Source of the DNA: Candidatus Bathyarchaeota archaeon
GTDB lineage: Archaea > Thermoproteota > Bathyarchaeia > Bathyarchaeales > Bathyarchaeaceae
Assembly (NCBI GenBank): GCA_963697165.1
Contig: CAVOMX010000025.1
Coordinates: 96,001-160,000, forward strand
Reading direction: 5' to 3'
Length of the DNA: 64,000 nucleotides
Both the position numbers and the translations under genes were made by a program. The notes beneath the pieces were generated by a model. That model made no database searches, was not told the DNA's origin, and saw nothing but the letters and a program-made list of their open reading frames with translations. Shown here in pieces: positions 52,546 to 61,755 of the stretch (position 1 is the stretch's first letter; the number at the start of each line of letters is the position of its first letter).

Positions 52546-52860
52546 TTAGTTGGTACTTTCCTTTTCTTTTAGATTGCGTGCTTCTAATATCTCAAGTTCA
52601 TACTTCTTTTGTGCTTTAGCCCCAAAACTTTCCCTCATTTGTCTTGCCCATATACAGAGAAAAATGAAACTAATAATTCAGAAGACTATTAAGATAATAT
52701 CCGACAGTGTAAAATTCGAATTTATAAAAATTAAAAGTCCTACAGGTTAACAGAAGATATTTTGGTTTCTAATGGTACAACAGAAAGGAAAGAAGAGAGT
52801 ATACACACAAAACCTAACGAGAAGAAAGGAAGATAGTTGGGTAATTGTCTTGACCATTTT
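52546..52860 (-). pseudogene. Possible decayed membrane-protein gene
   Basis: Hydrophobic frame LLIFINSNFTLSDIILIVF*IISFIFLCIWARQ...KESTN* with internal stops. Confidence 0.3.
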
Positions 52861-53700
52861 GGATTTTTATCTGCTATTATTCTTCTTTTCTTTAGATTTG
52901 TTTCTCAGTTAAAGTCTTCATCTTTACTTTCAATACACATAGAAATGTAGGTTCCTGTACTAAGTAATACTGTCTTGTAGACTTTGAATCTTGTAACCTA
53001 CTGTGAGAATTATTGTTATAGGTAATAAAAAGAGATAAGGTCGATAAAGTGTAGTATCCTGTATTGCATAGCCTAAGAGTGTTGCAGTTACCAATATCGT
53101 ATAAAGAGTCAAGTTATCAATTCTTATCTAAATTCAAATATTGTTTTTCTAACACTCTTGTACTCTTCAATAAGATGGTCATTAGACAATCTGAAACCCC
53201 CTGTATTTGGTATGATAAACAAAATAGGATATTTGTTCTTTAAGTATTTGTTCTTAGTAAAATCTCTACTTAGCGGTAGTTTGTACAGCAATAGAAAAGT
53301 AGTTTGTTCACTTCTTAGAAATCAGGTGGTTTTATATAATATCCTCCTAAAACTGCACATTCACAATTCTCGTTAAGCAAACATATAGACAAAATGTAGA
53401 CACAATCGTTCATACCCCATCTACCCCCAATATAGGCTTTATAGAGTAAATAAAACAGGTTTTTAATGCGTAAAACTGGATTTTATAAAATAAACTAAAT
53501 TAAGCGTAAAATAGAGTTAAGATATTACCTGTACATAGACGAATATTGGTTAAGGTCTCCTGGTGACCTTAAGCTATATAATATAATTAATAAAAACTTT
53601 AACCTATTAACAAAATGTACAGATCTGATATACAGTGGTAGAGCCTGTTCACTGTGTAATGTGCTACAAGTAGTTTAGTTTATCCTTGTTTGTATCTTTG

Positions 53701-53734
53701 CTCAGGTGCTACTTAGGTGCTTACTCAGGTGCTT
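53701..53734 (+). repeat. Three tandem copies of CT(C/T)AGGTGCT(T)A
   Basis: CTCAGGTGCTA CTTAGGTGCTTA CTCAGGTGCTT. Confidence 0.7.
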
Positions 53735-54031
53735 GGTATTATCCAAAAATAGTGTTAATAGAGTACATGAACAACATTATAATACTATATATCATCTGTG
53801 TTTAATTGTCCCATCATTTTCATCCTTCTCTCCCATCTCTCAGAAGTCTAATCAACACCAGTCTTAACTCTACAATTAGCAGACTAGTTTAACACTGATA
53901 GGAACAATCTTTGAATGGAATGGGAAATCAAACACTGACAATTACAGAACCAAACCACATTCAAAGACTTCCTAACATAACGTAATTATTAATAACAAAG
54001 CTTTAATGTATATTCCATCGTATTATAATTG

Positions 54032-54215
54032 CTGAGTCATCAAGGGGATCATTCAAAACATACCCTTAGCTCAACCGTTTTGGAATGTAAACTGTACATT
54101 GTTTTGTAAGACTGATATGAATTGGTTTTTAGCAAAGTTTAAATTCAAATATTTCATCTCTGAGGAAGAGCAGTACCCCAATCTGAACTGGTTCTATCTC
54201 CCCCTGATGACTCAG
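54032..54215. repeat. 184-bp element bounded by 17-bp inverted repeats
   Basis: CTGAGTCATCAAGGGGA (54032-54048) versus TCCCCCTGATGACTCAG (54199-54215), 16/17 complementary; AT-rich core. Confidence 0.8.
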
Positions 54216-54657
54216 TTTATTATGATTGGGATACTGCTTTCTTTCTCACCTAAATAAGAAAAATCGATTATCATTTGTACCAAGTTGGATGTTACCAAAG
54301 TATAATTTCAGTTCGGTGATAATTCACATCAAATTCTGGGAACAACACATTTGGGATGAAAGGTCGGAACGAGGAATATTTTTTTGGTACCTTACAGTTC
54401 CCTATTATTTGATTGTGTTTAGTGAACTGCTATACAGTAGTTTTCCATCAACACTTTCAGTCCATGCTTCTATCAGGCACTCAGAATTCTATATATACGT
54501 TGCGAGATATATTTGCAGTTCACCAAAAAGGGAGCCGTTTGAGGTTACGCATGCGCGCGTAGCCAATAGAAAAGTGTTTCTCGCGGCTTCCGCAATTCGT
54601 CATAATACATAAATAGTTTGTGACGGTTGTATTTGCTTCTATAACGGCTGTGATACA

Positions 54658-54840
54658 TTGCCTCAGCAGGTAGTTTGCGAAAAATGCGGTTTTATTCTAT
54701 ATGAGGGCACAGATTTGAAACCCCCAGATGAGATAATCCAAACTCACGAGGGAAAATGCCCTAAATGCGGCAAAAAAATTTCTTTTATGCCAAAAAAGGT
54801 TGACGTTAAATCCGCCGGGGACACATACAGAAAACGTTGA
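54658..54840 (+). CDS. Small Zn-ribbon protein
   Basis: CEKCG...CPKCG. Confidence 0.8.
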   Translation: MPQQVVCEKCGFILYEGTDLKPPDEIIQTHEGKCPKCGKKISFMPKKVDVKSAGDTYRKR

Positions 54841-54946
54841 TGGTTTTGAGTCCTACAGAAGTTCATCTGCAGGGATGCTCATTTTTTTGAAGGAAAGAAA
54901 TTAATTTCTCCAAGTATGATACCAAGATTTGAACGGGTAATGGAAA

Positions 54947-55072
54947 ATGGTGAAGTGGGCATGTATGAAGTGTGGACATAAATGGAGCGACGAAAACAAA
55001 ATCGAGCCTAGGCAGTGCCCCATGTGTGGATGCGGCATCATCTACGTTCCGAGAGTCATCAAACAGAAGTAG
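54947..55072 (+). CDS. Small Rpo12/RPB12-like Zn-ribbon protein (needs one indel correction near 55020)
   Basis: MVKWACMKCGHKW...RQCP, then in a shifted frame MCGCGIIYVPRVIKQK*. Confidence 0.45.
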   Translation: MVKWACMKCGHKWSDENKIEPRQCPMCGCGIIYVPRVIKQK

Positions 55073-55183
55073 GTCAAACAGGAAATTGGCCGGGTATCTG
55101 GACATTCCAAATGATGCTTTTTGTATCTAAGTTGCTGTCCGTTACTTTTGTTTGAGTGTAGATTAAAAAGTTAAAATATTTCT

Positions 55184-57493
55184 TTGTTCAAAAGAAGGGA
55201 GTTAATAAGTGTGGAATACCACAAGAAAAATATAGGTTCATTGCTTTCATTGACGAGAGAAGGGTTTGCGGTGAAGATTGGAAAAATATTTAGTAAAGAA
55301 AATGCAGTTAACGCCTTAACGAACATTGGAGCTCTTCGCTTCCGGATGTCTCATTCTTCTCTATTGCACATATCGCTACTGCTCGTTATTCTTGTTATAG
55401 CCGCCACGATTAGGCTGCTTCCGCTCCAATGGGGTTTCCAACTCTCAGAATTTGACCCTCACATTCATTACCGTTTAACCAAGTACATAGTTGATAACGG
55501 ATTGTTTTCTTGGACATCATGGACAGACATGATGAGCTGGTACCCGCAAGGATACAACATTTCAGGCGCAATTTATCCGGGGCTGGCAGTAACAGCAGCG
55601 ATCTTTTATCAAATAGCTAATGCGCTGAATCTTGCTCCGGCGCCAATTCTCAGTTCAGAAGTTTATCATCCTCTAACCGCTGACCCTGTTTTCAATTTCT
55701 GTGTATTGTTTCCAGTGATTATGGCGACATTGACCGTTCTGGTTATCTACTTTGTTGGAAGAGACATGGGCGGCAAAGAAGTGGGGCTCTTTTCAGCATT
55801 CTTTTTAGCTCTAAGTTCAGCATATATTAGCCGTACCACCCTTGGTTTCTTTGATGATGAAACCGTCGGAATCTTAGGCATCCTCTTGTTTGTCTTCTTC
55901 TTCCTGAGGTCTATTGACCCTGAAAGATCCATCAAAAGCACAGTTACATATGCAGTTGCCGGAGGATTATCATTAGGTTATCTCTTTTCGTCTTGGGGAG
56001 CAGCACTGTATCCTCTCGGAATTACGTTGGTTTTCGTCTTTGTTCTACTCGTAATAAAACGATATTCAACTCGTCTCTTTATTTCATATAGCACAACATT
56101 TGCCGTTTCACTGTTAATAGCAACAATGGTACCAAAGTTGGGAACATCATTTCTGACACAGCCTACAACCATAGCGGTTGTTGGAATGTTCCTTGTGCTA
56201 TTCATCTACGAAATTTCTCGCCGCATAAAAACCCCTAAAACGAAAACGATTTTTATTATTAGCTTCATAGCCTTGATTGTCACCTTGTTAGTTGCACTTT
56301 CAAGTTTCGGATTAATCGGGTCACTAGGAGAGAAGTTTGTTTCAGTTATATTTCCCAATACACGTATAGGTGAAAGTGCGACACAACAACTTGTGCAGTC
56401 TGTGCAGGAACACAGACCAGCCACTTGGGGATCATTTTACTATGACCTAGGCATAGGAATACTCTTCGTACCTATTGGCTTATTCTTTATAATACAGAAT
56501 CCAACAAACCGCAATATTTTCCTCGCAATATTCGGTTTGACAGCCATCTACTTCGCAGGTTCATTTGCGCGGTTAACTCTGCTTTTGGCACCAGTCGTTA
56601 GCATCTTATGGGCATTAGCTTTGGTTCAGTTGATCAGACCCTTTGTTACAATATTGCGGGAAAACCCAAAAATCCCGAGACGTAAAATGCGTTTCAGACC
56701 TCGCGTGGGAAAGGAATTCAGTGCAGCATTCATCATCCTAATGTTCCTCTTGTTAACGGTTACCTTCGTATTACCAAGCAGCGGTTCAGATTATTCGAGA
56801 GTCATAAACCGCGCATATTCGCCTACAACTATCGCTGCCTCGAGTTTACCACTTAGACCTAACGAAATCGTTAGCGATTGGCTAGATACACTCAATTGGA
56901 TACGAATTAATCTGGACGACAATGCTGTGGTGGGGGCTTGGTGGGATTATGGATACTGGATCACAGCTATCGGCAACAAAACAACTCTTGCGGATAACGG
57001 TACAGTGAATACTACGAAGATAGGCGATATTGGGAGAATGTTCATTTCGAATGAAACTCAAGCCATAGAATGGCTAAAAGAATATGATGTAACGCATGTT
57101 TTGGTTTTTACAAGCTTTGGAACAGACGGACAATCTAACACAATATATGATGCAGGATATGGTGATGAAGGAAAATGGAGATGGATGGCAAAGATTGGCC
57201 AATTAGATGACACCCTATACGGAAACTATACACTTGGAAAAGACTGGATAGACACAAACGAGAATGGTTCAGTAGACACGGATGAAATAGTAGATAATGC
57301 TATGGGAAACAGCACAGTATTGTACAAACTTATGCACTACGCAAGTGACACTCTTGCTTTAGGTTCCTCAAGCATCCAGCTAGAACACTTTGATAAGGCA
57401 TATTTCTCACAGAGCCCAGAAACAATAAAATGGTTCGCAGACGCGAACGGTTACTTCGTAGCGGTAGTATGCGTGTATGAGGTCATCTACTAG
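55184..57493 (+). CDS. aglB: Oligosaccharyltransferase AglB/STT3 (true start may be GTG 55271)
   Basis: EFDP, GFFDDE, SVQEH, WWDYG and ADN motifs with many TM segments. Confidence 0.95.
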   Translation: MFKRRELISVEYHKKNIGSLLSLTREGFAVKIGKIFSKENAVNALTNIGALRFRMSHSSLLHISLLLVILVIAATIRLLPLQWGFQLSEFDPHIHYRLTKYIVDNGLFSWTSWTDMMSWYPQGYNISGAIYPGLAVTAAIFYQIANALNLAPAPILSSEVYHPLTADPVFNFCVLFPVIMATLTVLVIYFVGRDMGGKEVGLFSAFFLALSSAYISRTTLGFFDDETVGILGILLFVFFFLRSIDPERSIKSTVTYAVAGGLSLGYLFSSWGAALYPLGITLVFVFVLLVIKRYSTRLFISYSTTFAVSLLIATMVPKLGTSFLTQPTTIAVVGMFLVLFIYEISRRIKTPKTKTIFIISFIALIVTLLVALSSFGLIGSLGEKFVSVIFPNTRIGESATQQLVQSVQEHRPATWGSFYYDLGIGILFVPIGLFFIIQNPTNRNIFLAIFGLTAIYFAGSFARLTLLLAPVVSILWALALVQLIRPFVTILRENPKIPRRKMRFRPRVGKEFSAAFIILMFLLLTVTFVLPSSGSDYSRVINRAYSPTTIAASSLPLRPNEIVSDWLDTLNWIRINLDDNAVVGAWWDYGYWITAIGNKTTLADNGTVNTTKIGDIGRMFISNETQAIEWLKEYDVTHVLVFTSFGTDGQSNTIYDAGYGDEGKWRWMAKIGQLDDTLYGNYTLGKDWIDTNENGSVDTDEIVDNAMGNSTVLYKLMHYASDTLALGSSSIQLEHFDKAYFSQSPETIKWFADANGYFVAVVCVYEVIY

Positions 57494-57504
57494 TAAGGTA
57501 TACC

Positions 57505-58278
57505 TCAAGAAATGTAGGTGATTCTCTCTTCTTCTACCCTGCGCATTTTTTGCATATACTTAACTCGTCGTTTCTCGATGTCCCGCATTCTACCAAGTAT
57601 CTCTTTAGAACGCTTTATCTCCTCATCCAATCCCTTCAAATCAACAGTGACATCAATAAGGTTCTGCAGAACATCTATAACGCTTTTAGCTGTCTTCGGG
57701 TCAGGTAAGTAGCCGCGAGTTTCACCCAAAAGACAAACAGCGTCCATCTTCCTAAATTTCGCTAACCCCAAAAGCAAACCCGCAGTCCCCACAATAGGAG
57801 TTCCTGCCTCGCTGGATAATGCCTTGGCCTTCAGAGCTTTCTCAAAAAGAACAGAACTTGTTGATACTGCAACCACGTTCGGGGTGCCTTCAACCTCGTT
57901 TCTGTATCCGCCAATTGTAACGATAGTCTTCACTTTTTTCTTTTCAACAAAGTCGAGGATACTATTAGCTACCTCAAACTGGCCCTCAATTGTTTGGGGT
58001 TGACTGTCCCCAACAAGGAAAATGAAATCGTTTTCTCCAGTCTCGTTTTTCCAGAAATAGAATTCCCCACGAAGAAGCCTAGCGCTTCCTTTCTTGTTGA
58101 CAATAACATGATAGGGAAAATGGGGAGAATACAAGACTGCAAATTTTTTGGCTTTTAACTGCTTTACAAGATATTTTGTGGCTATGCTCCCCACCATACC
58201 TAATCCAGGAAAGCCTTCAATCAGAATCGGATTCTTCAACTCAACATTCGCTAGTTCCTTAATTACTGTTGTTTTCAT
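57505..58278 (-). CDS. PAC2-family proteasome assembly chaperone
   Basis: EGFPGLGMVG, GDSQP, TIGG and GET.GYLPDP; conserved position after nop10. Confidence 0.9.
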   Translation of the reverse strand: MKTTVIKELANVELKNPILIEGFPGLGMVGSIATKYLVKQLKAKKFAVLYSPHFPYHVIVNKKGSARLLRGEFYFWKNETGENDFIFLVGDSQPQTIEGQFEVANSILDFVEKKKVKTIVTIGGYRNEVEGTPNVVAVSTSSVLFEKALKAKALSSEAGTPIVGTAGLLLGLAKFRKMDAVCLLGETRGYLPDPKTAKSVIDVLQNLIDVTVDLKGLDEEIKRSKEILGRMRDIEKRRVKYMQKMRRVEEERITYIS

Positions 58279-58441
58279 TCTGCCCTAAACTCCTCATTGC
58301 CTGTCTATACTTTGCGTACCGATCTTCAGGCGAGAACTTAGCAGGATGCGGGATACGCAAGTTACCTCCACAAACGGGGCAGCTTTCCTGATTCAGCGTA
58401 TAATTTTCGCACTTTATACATTTTCTAAGGAGCCAAACCAT
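58259..58441 (-). CDS. nop10: H/ACA RNP protein Nop10
   Basis: LRKC..C..YTL...CPVCGG...PHPAKFSPEDRY..YR. Confidence 0.95.
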   Translation of the reverse strand: MVWLLRKCIKCENYTLNQESCPVCGGNLRIPHPAKFSPEDRYAKYRQAMRSLGQNENNSN

Positions 58442-58615
58442 CAACGCCACCCGTTTATACCATTTTTTGCTTATTATTTTTGGGTATTCACACCTATTGT
58501 GCGAACACACCTATTTACGTTTCCAATAAGCAGAAAGCGCCATCTTTCGACCACTTTCTGCTCAACAGATCCAAGACAGCAAAAGCACCAAGCAACCCAA
58601 CTTCTTACTCTTGGC

Positions 58616-58661
58616 ATAATAGGAAACTAATAATATCTAATTGTTGAAAAAGGCCTTTTTC
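58616..58661 (+). repeat. 46-bp dispersed intergenic repeat, copy 3
   Basis: ATAATAGGAAACTAATAATATCTAATTGTTGAAAAAGGCCTTTTTC, 37/46 identical to copy 2. Overlaps the perfect palindrome TGAAAAAGGCCTTTTTCA (58645-58662). Confidence 0.75.
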
Positions 58662-58698
58662 AGGAAAAGGCTGGACCAAAAAAACCCTATAAAGAAAC

Positions 58699-59490
58699 TT
58701 ACTTCTCTCTGTTGAAGGCGCCCTTTCCCCCACTCTTTGAAATGAAGTCTAACGCTGAGGCAGTGGCTTTCTCCAAGACATTTTCGGCAGTTTTGTAGTC
58801 ATCAGCCGAAACCACAATACGATAGTTGGGAGGCGAAACAAGATACACACTTACATCTGCTCCCTCTGATTCTCCAACCTCTTTAGCATGTTTCAAGGTA
58901 TCTTTGATGATGAGCACCCCTTTCGGTTTCGGGTTCTGAAGCTCCAGAATACCTTTCACATTCACCAAGGATATCTGAATCTTTTCCTTCGCAATCTCCT
59001 CTAGGGTAACAGCAAGATCGTTATCGATTCCGAGCTCAAGCAGAACATCTATGCCATCTTTCGCAGTCTTCTCCAGCCCCTGATGAAGATCCCCAAAAGC
59101 ATTCTCAATCAACGCTCCTGCCTTCTCGTAGGCTTCCTCGAAAGAAATGTTCAATTTTTCAGCGGCGGTACGCAGCAAACTCTCCGCTTTACGATCCTTT
59201 TTCCAAGACAGAAGCTTCTCCTTCTTATCCCGCTTCGTAACCCTTCTACGCGACAGGTCAACTTGACCCTTGGCCGCCTGAACACGCAGAACCTTAAGCA
59301 CAACCTTCTGTCCCTCACGAACATAATCACGGACATTTCGTACCCAGCGAGAAGCAACCTCAGAAACATGCAGGAGACCCTCCTTGTCGTATTCATCTAA
59401 TCTAACGTAAACACCATAAGAGGTAATGTTCACAACAGTAGCAATAACCAGATCGCCTACCTCAGGCCACTCAGGTCTCCTTAAACTCAT
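58699..59490 (-). CDS. eif2a: Translation initiation factor 2 alpha subunit (aIF2-alpha)
   Basis: PEVGDLVIATV, S1 domain (EGLLHVSEV, VDLS.RRV) and PP.YRI. Confidence 0.96.
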   Translation of the reverse strand: MSLRRPEWPEVGDLVIATVVNITSYGVYVRLDEYDKEGLLHVSEVASRWVRNVRDYVREGQKVVLKVLRVQAAKGQVDLSRRRVTKRDKKEKLLSWKKDRKAESLLRTAAEKLNISFEEAYEKAGALIENAFGDLHQGLEKTAKDGIDVLLELGIDNDLAVTLEEIAKEKIQISLVNVKGILELQNPKPKGVLIIKDTLKHAKEVGESEGADVSVYLVSPPNYRIVVSADDYKTAENVLEKATASALDFISKSGGKGAFNREK

Positions 59491-59514
59491 TTTCTTCTAG
59501 TTCCTTCCTCTTTT

Positions 59515-59712
59515 TTACTCAAGTACAGCAGTAATCTCGCCCTTGACGTTTGCCTTTCCGCCAGAAGGCTCCGCTAAAATCGCTCTACACACATTACAGT
59601 GGACAGAACTGGTAGCATGACTGAAAACGAACTGTTCGTTTCCACAGTCAGGACACTTTATTCTATAGAAACTGCTGTTAGGTTTCGGTATAACTTTATC
59701 CCATTCACTCAA
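59515..59712 (-). CDS. rps27e: 30S ribosomal protein eS27
   Basis: KCPDCGNEQ.VFSHA...CNVC...EPSGGKA. Confidence 0.97.
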   Translation of the reverse strand: MSEWDKVIPKPNSSFYRIKCPDCGNEQFVFSHATSSVHCNVCRAILAEPSGGKANVKGEITAVLE

Positions 59713-59729
59713 CTTTTCTTCACCCCACT

Positions 59730-60008
59730 TTAGGTTATAATCAATTTTTTAAGACGAATACCTTTCTTATGTCGCATAAAACCGCAGCTCTTACACTTGA
59801 GCCTCAGCGTCTGCTTTTTAGTCACTTTAGCAAACTTCCTTTGACGAGGAAATTTCTGTCCACCATAGCCCTTCTTTTCCCGCAGTTCATGAGCTCTCTC
59901 TCCCTTGGCTAGGGCTCTCCTCTTCCCCGCCTTATACAAGGAAACAGCGTGAACCTTATGAGACTGACACTTGGGACAATATGTGTTAACTTCTTTTGGA
60001 GTGTTCAT
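59730..60008 (-). CDS. rpl44e: 50S ribosomal protein eL42 (L44e)
   Basis: TYCPKC..H, KGYGGQKFP and KVTKK..LKC..C. Confidence 0.97.
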   Translation of the reverse strand: MNTPKEVNTYCPKCQSHKVHAVSLYKAGKRRALAKGERAHELREKKGYGGQKFPRQRKFAKVTKKQTLRLKCKSCGFMRHKKGIRLKKLIIT

Positions 60009-60087
60009 CGCAATCACAGACTAGTAGGTATAAAACAGCCCCCTTAATTACTATTTATACGTTTCTTCCACGCATTTAGTAGTCTTT

Positions 60088-61272
60088 TCATTTGACCTTT
60101 CTGAACAGTTGTTCTCCTTCAATTTGGCATACATATTCAAAGCCGTTTTCAACGAGTTTCTTTGCATCTTTAGCGGTTGATGCTACCTCACAGATGTAGC
60201 TGTCAGGTCTTAAATCGCTATAGATTTCTTCGTAGAGATCGACGTATCTTTGGGTAGTCATTATACTCTTGTGCCCTAGTACTCTCTTCACGTGTTGCAT
60301 TGACTTTGTTTTGTGGTATTCTCGAAGGGCTTTGCAATGTCGAAAGGTGTGGTAATGAATTTTAGTTAATCTAGGGTTATCATGAAGCCTCGCCAGCTTT
60401 TTCACTCTATTTCTGAAGCATGTTTGTCTAACCTTTTGTGTTAGTCTAGGAAAAACAGTCTTCTCCTTCCTCGGTAAACTTAGTAACTTTTGCATTAGAA
60501 GCTTTGAAACGGTTAAAACGCGTGCATTGCCATTTTTGGAGGCTCTGATACTTACTTTATTGCGTTCATAATCTAAATCGGTCCATTCTAGTCGTTCTGC
60601 TTCGTTAACTCTTGCACCTGTTTCATAGACGAGTAAAGTAAAGACATGGCTTGCTTTGCTGCCGCAATTAATTGCCAGTTTTAGTTCATCTTCTGTGGGA
60701 ATGAAAGCTCTTTTGTGTTCCTGTTTGTACTGAGGCTTTTTCCAAGGAATACCTACGAACTTCAGAAAACTGTCGTATGCATAGCAGACTAGGCATTTGG
60801 TATTTCGACTTTCCAGTTTATTGGCTATCACTAATTTTATTTCTTCTGGATTCATCAAGTCAGCGTCTTTTGCGAGTATTTCCAGGTAATCTATGTATGT
60901 TTTGATTGTGCTATCAGATCGGCCCATTTTCTTCAGATGCCAGGCATAAGATATCAGTTGTCCTTTGATGTTGCTCTCCCGCTGAGCTACTTTTTGTTGG
61001 GTTTCCACTTTGACCAAGTTTTTCGTCCCCTTTGTCTGGGTGACGCAGATTTGGCGATCAAAAAGTAAGCTATAAGGTGTATTTAATGGCAATCTATGGA
61101 CAATTTGAACAGGTTTAGGCTCATTGGATTGATCTAATCGGGTTTCGCTAAACCTTAAGCCGCATTCTCGGCAGAAATAGCGTTGTATTCTTTCGTGCTC
61201 TGTCTGTCTGGTCCCATCCTTCCATGTTTTGGTTGAGCCGCATTCTGGGCAGGTTGGGACCTTTTTTGTCAT
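60088..61272 (-). CDS. Tyrosine recombinase/integrase with N-terminal Zn ribbon
   Basis: CPECGS..WKDG...QRYFCRECG; catalytic R (TGARVNE), K (ASKNG), HxxR (HTFRH), LGH and Y (TQRY). Confidence 0.93.
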   Translation of the reverse strand: MTKKVPTCPECGSTKTWKDGTRQTEHERIQRYFCRECGLRFSETRLDQSNEPKPVQIVHRLPLNTPYSLLFDRQICVTQTKGTKNLVKVETQQKVAQRESNIKGQLISYAWHLKKMGRSDSTIKTYIDYLEILAKDADLMNPEEIKLVIANKLESRNTKCLVCYAYDSFLKFVGIPWKKPQYKQEHKRAFIPTEDELKLAINCGSKASHVFTLLVYETGARVNEAERLEWTDLDYERNKVSIRASKNGNARVLTVSKLLMQKLLSLPRKEKTVFPRLTQKVRQTCFRNRVKKLARLHDNPRLTKIHYHTFRHCKALREYHKTKSMQHVKRVLGHKSIMTTQRYVDLYEEIYSDLRPDSYICEVASTAKDAKKLVENGFEYVCQIEGEQLFRKVK

Positions 61273-61572
61273 TTTATGTTCCTCAGGGTAGAGATATAGG
61301 CGCATCATTTGGCGAGGTTTGGTTTTGAGTTTTAGTCTTATTTCCCATGGAAGTGTTATTCGGCCGTCAGTTGATCCGTCTGTGCAGAGTTTGGCAAAGA
61401 ATTCGTTCTTTGAATTGAGGCCTATTTGCATAATGATTCTATCTTTATTCTCAGAAATTTTCCAGATTCTAGTTTGAGGTGTTGTCTAATTTCTATTGGT
61501 ATTTGGATGCGGTTTTCGCGCTGAAGTAGTGCAAGGAAATGTATTGTGTCATCTTTTTTCAACTTTTGTCAT
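61273..61572 (-). CDS. Tandem AbrB/MazE-like DNA-binding protein (frameshifted; second repeat in frame with the integrase)
   Basis: Repeat 1 FLALLQRENRIQIPIEIRQHLKLESG; repeat 2 FFAKL...DGRITLPWEIRLKLK. Confidence 0.6.
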
Positions 61573-61755
61573 CTCCCCTCATCTTTTGTCAACTTTGTAC
61601 AACTTTGGACACCTTTCCTCAACGGGTGATACAGTTGTTTTAAGCCCTGTTTTTGTAAAGCAAGCTGGAAAATGCTTTGTTTCGATTTTTTGATTTTTTT
61701 TGCATACCGTTCTTCTTCTACTAAAAAGAATTCAGAATCTTGTACATTTCAGAGG

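Noticed and set aside
54199..54215. C/D box sRNA (TGATGA and CTGA present)
   Set aside because: The boxes are in the wrong order and are just parts of the inverted repeat.
53158..54612. ORFs 53158..53376 and 54226..54612
   Set aside because: TTG starts, no motifs and composition typical of random AT-rich DNA.
52404..54657. CRISPR array or rRNA/SRP/RNase P gene
   Set aside because: No regularly spaced 24-47 bp repeats and no GC-rich conserved RNA signatures.
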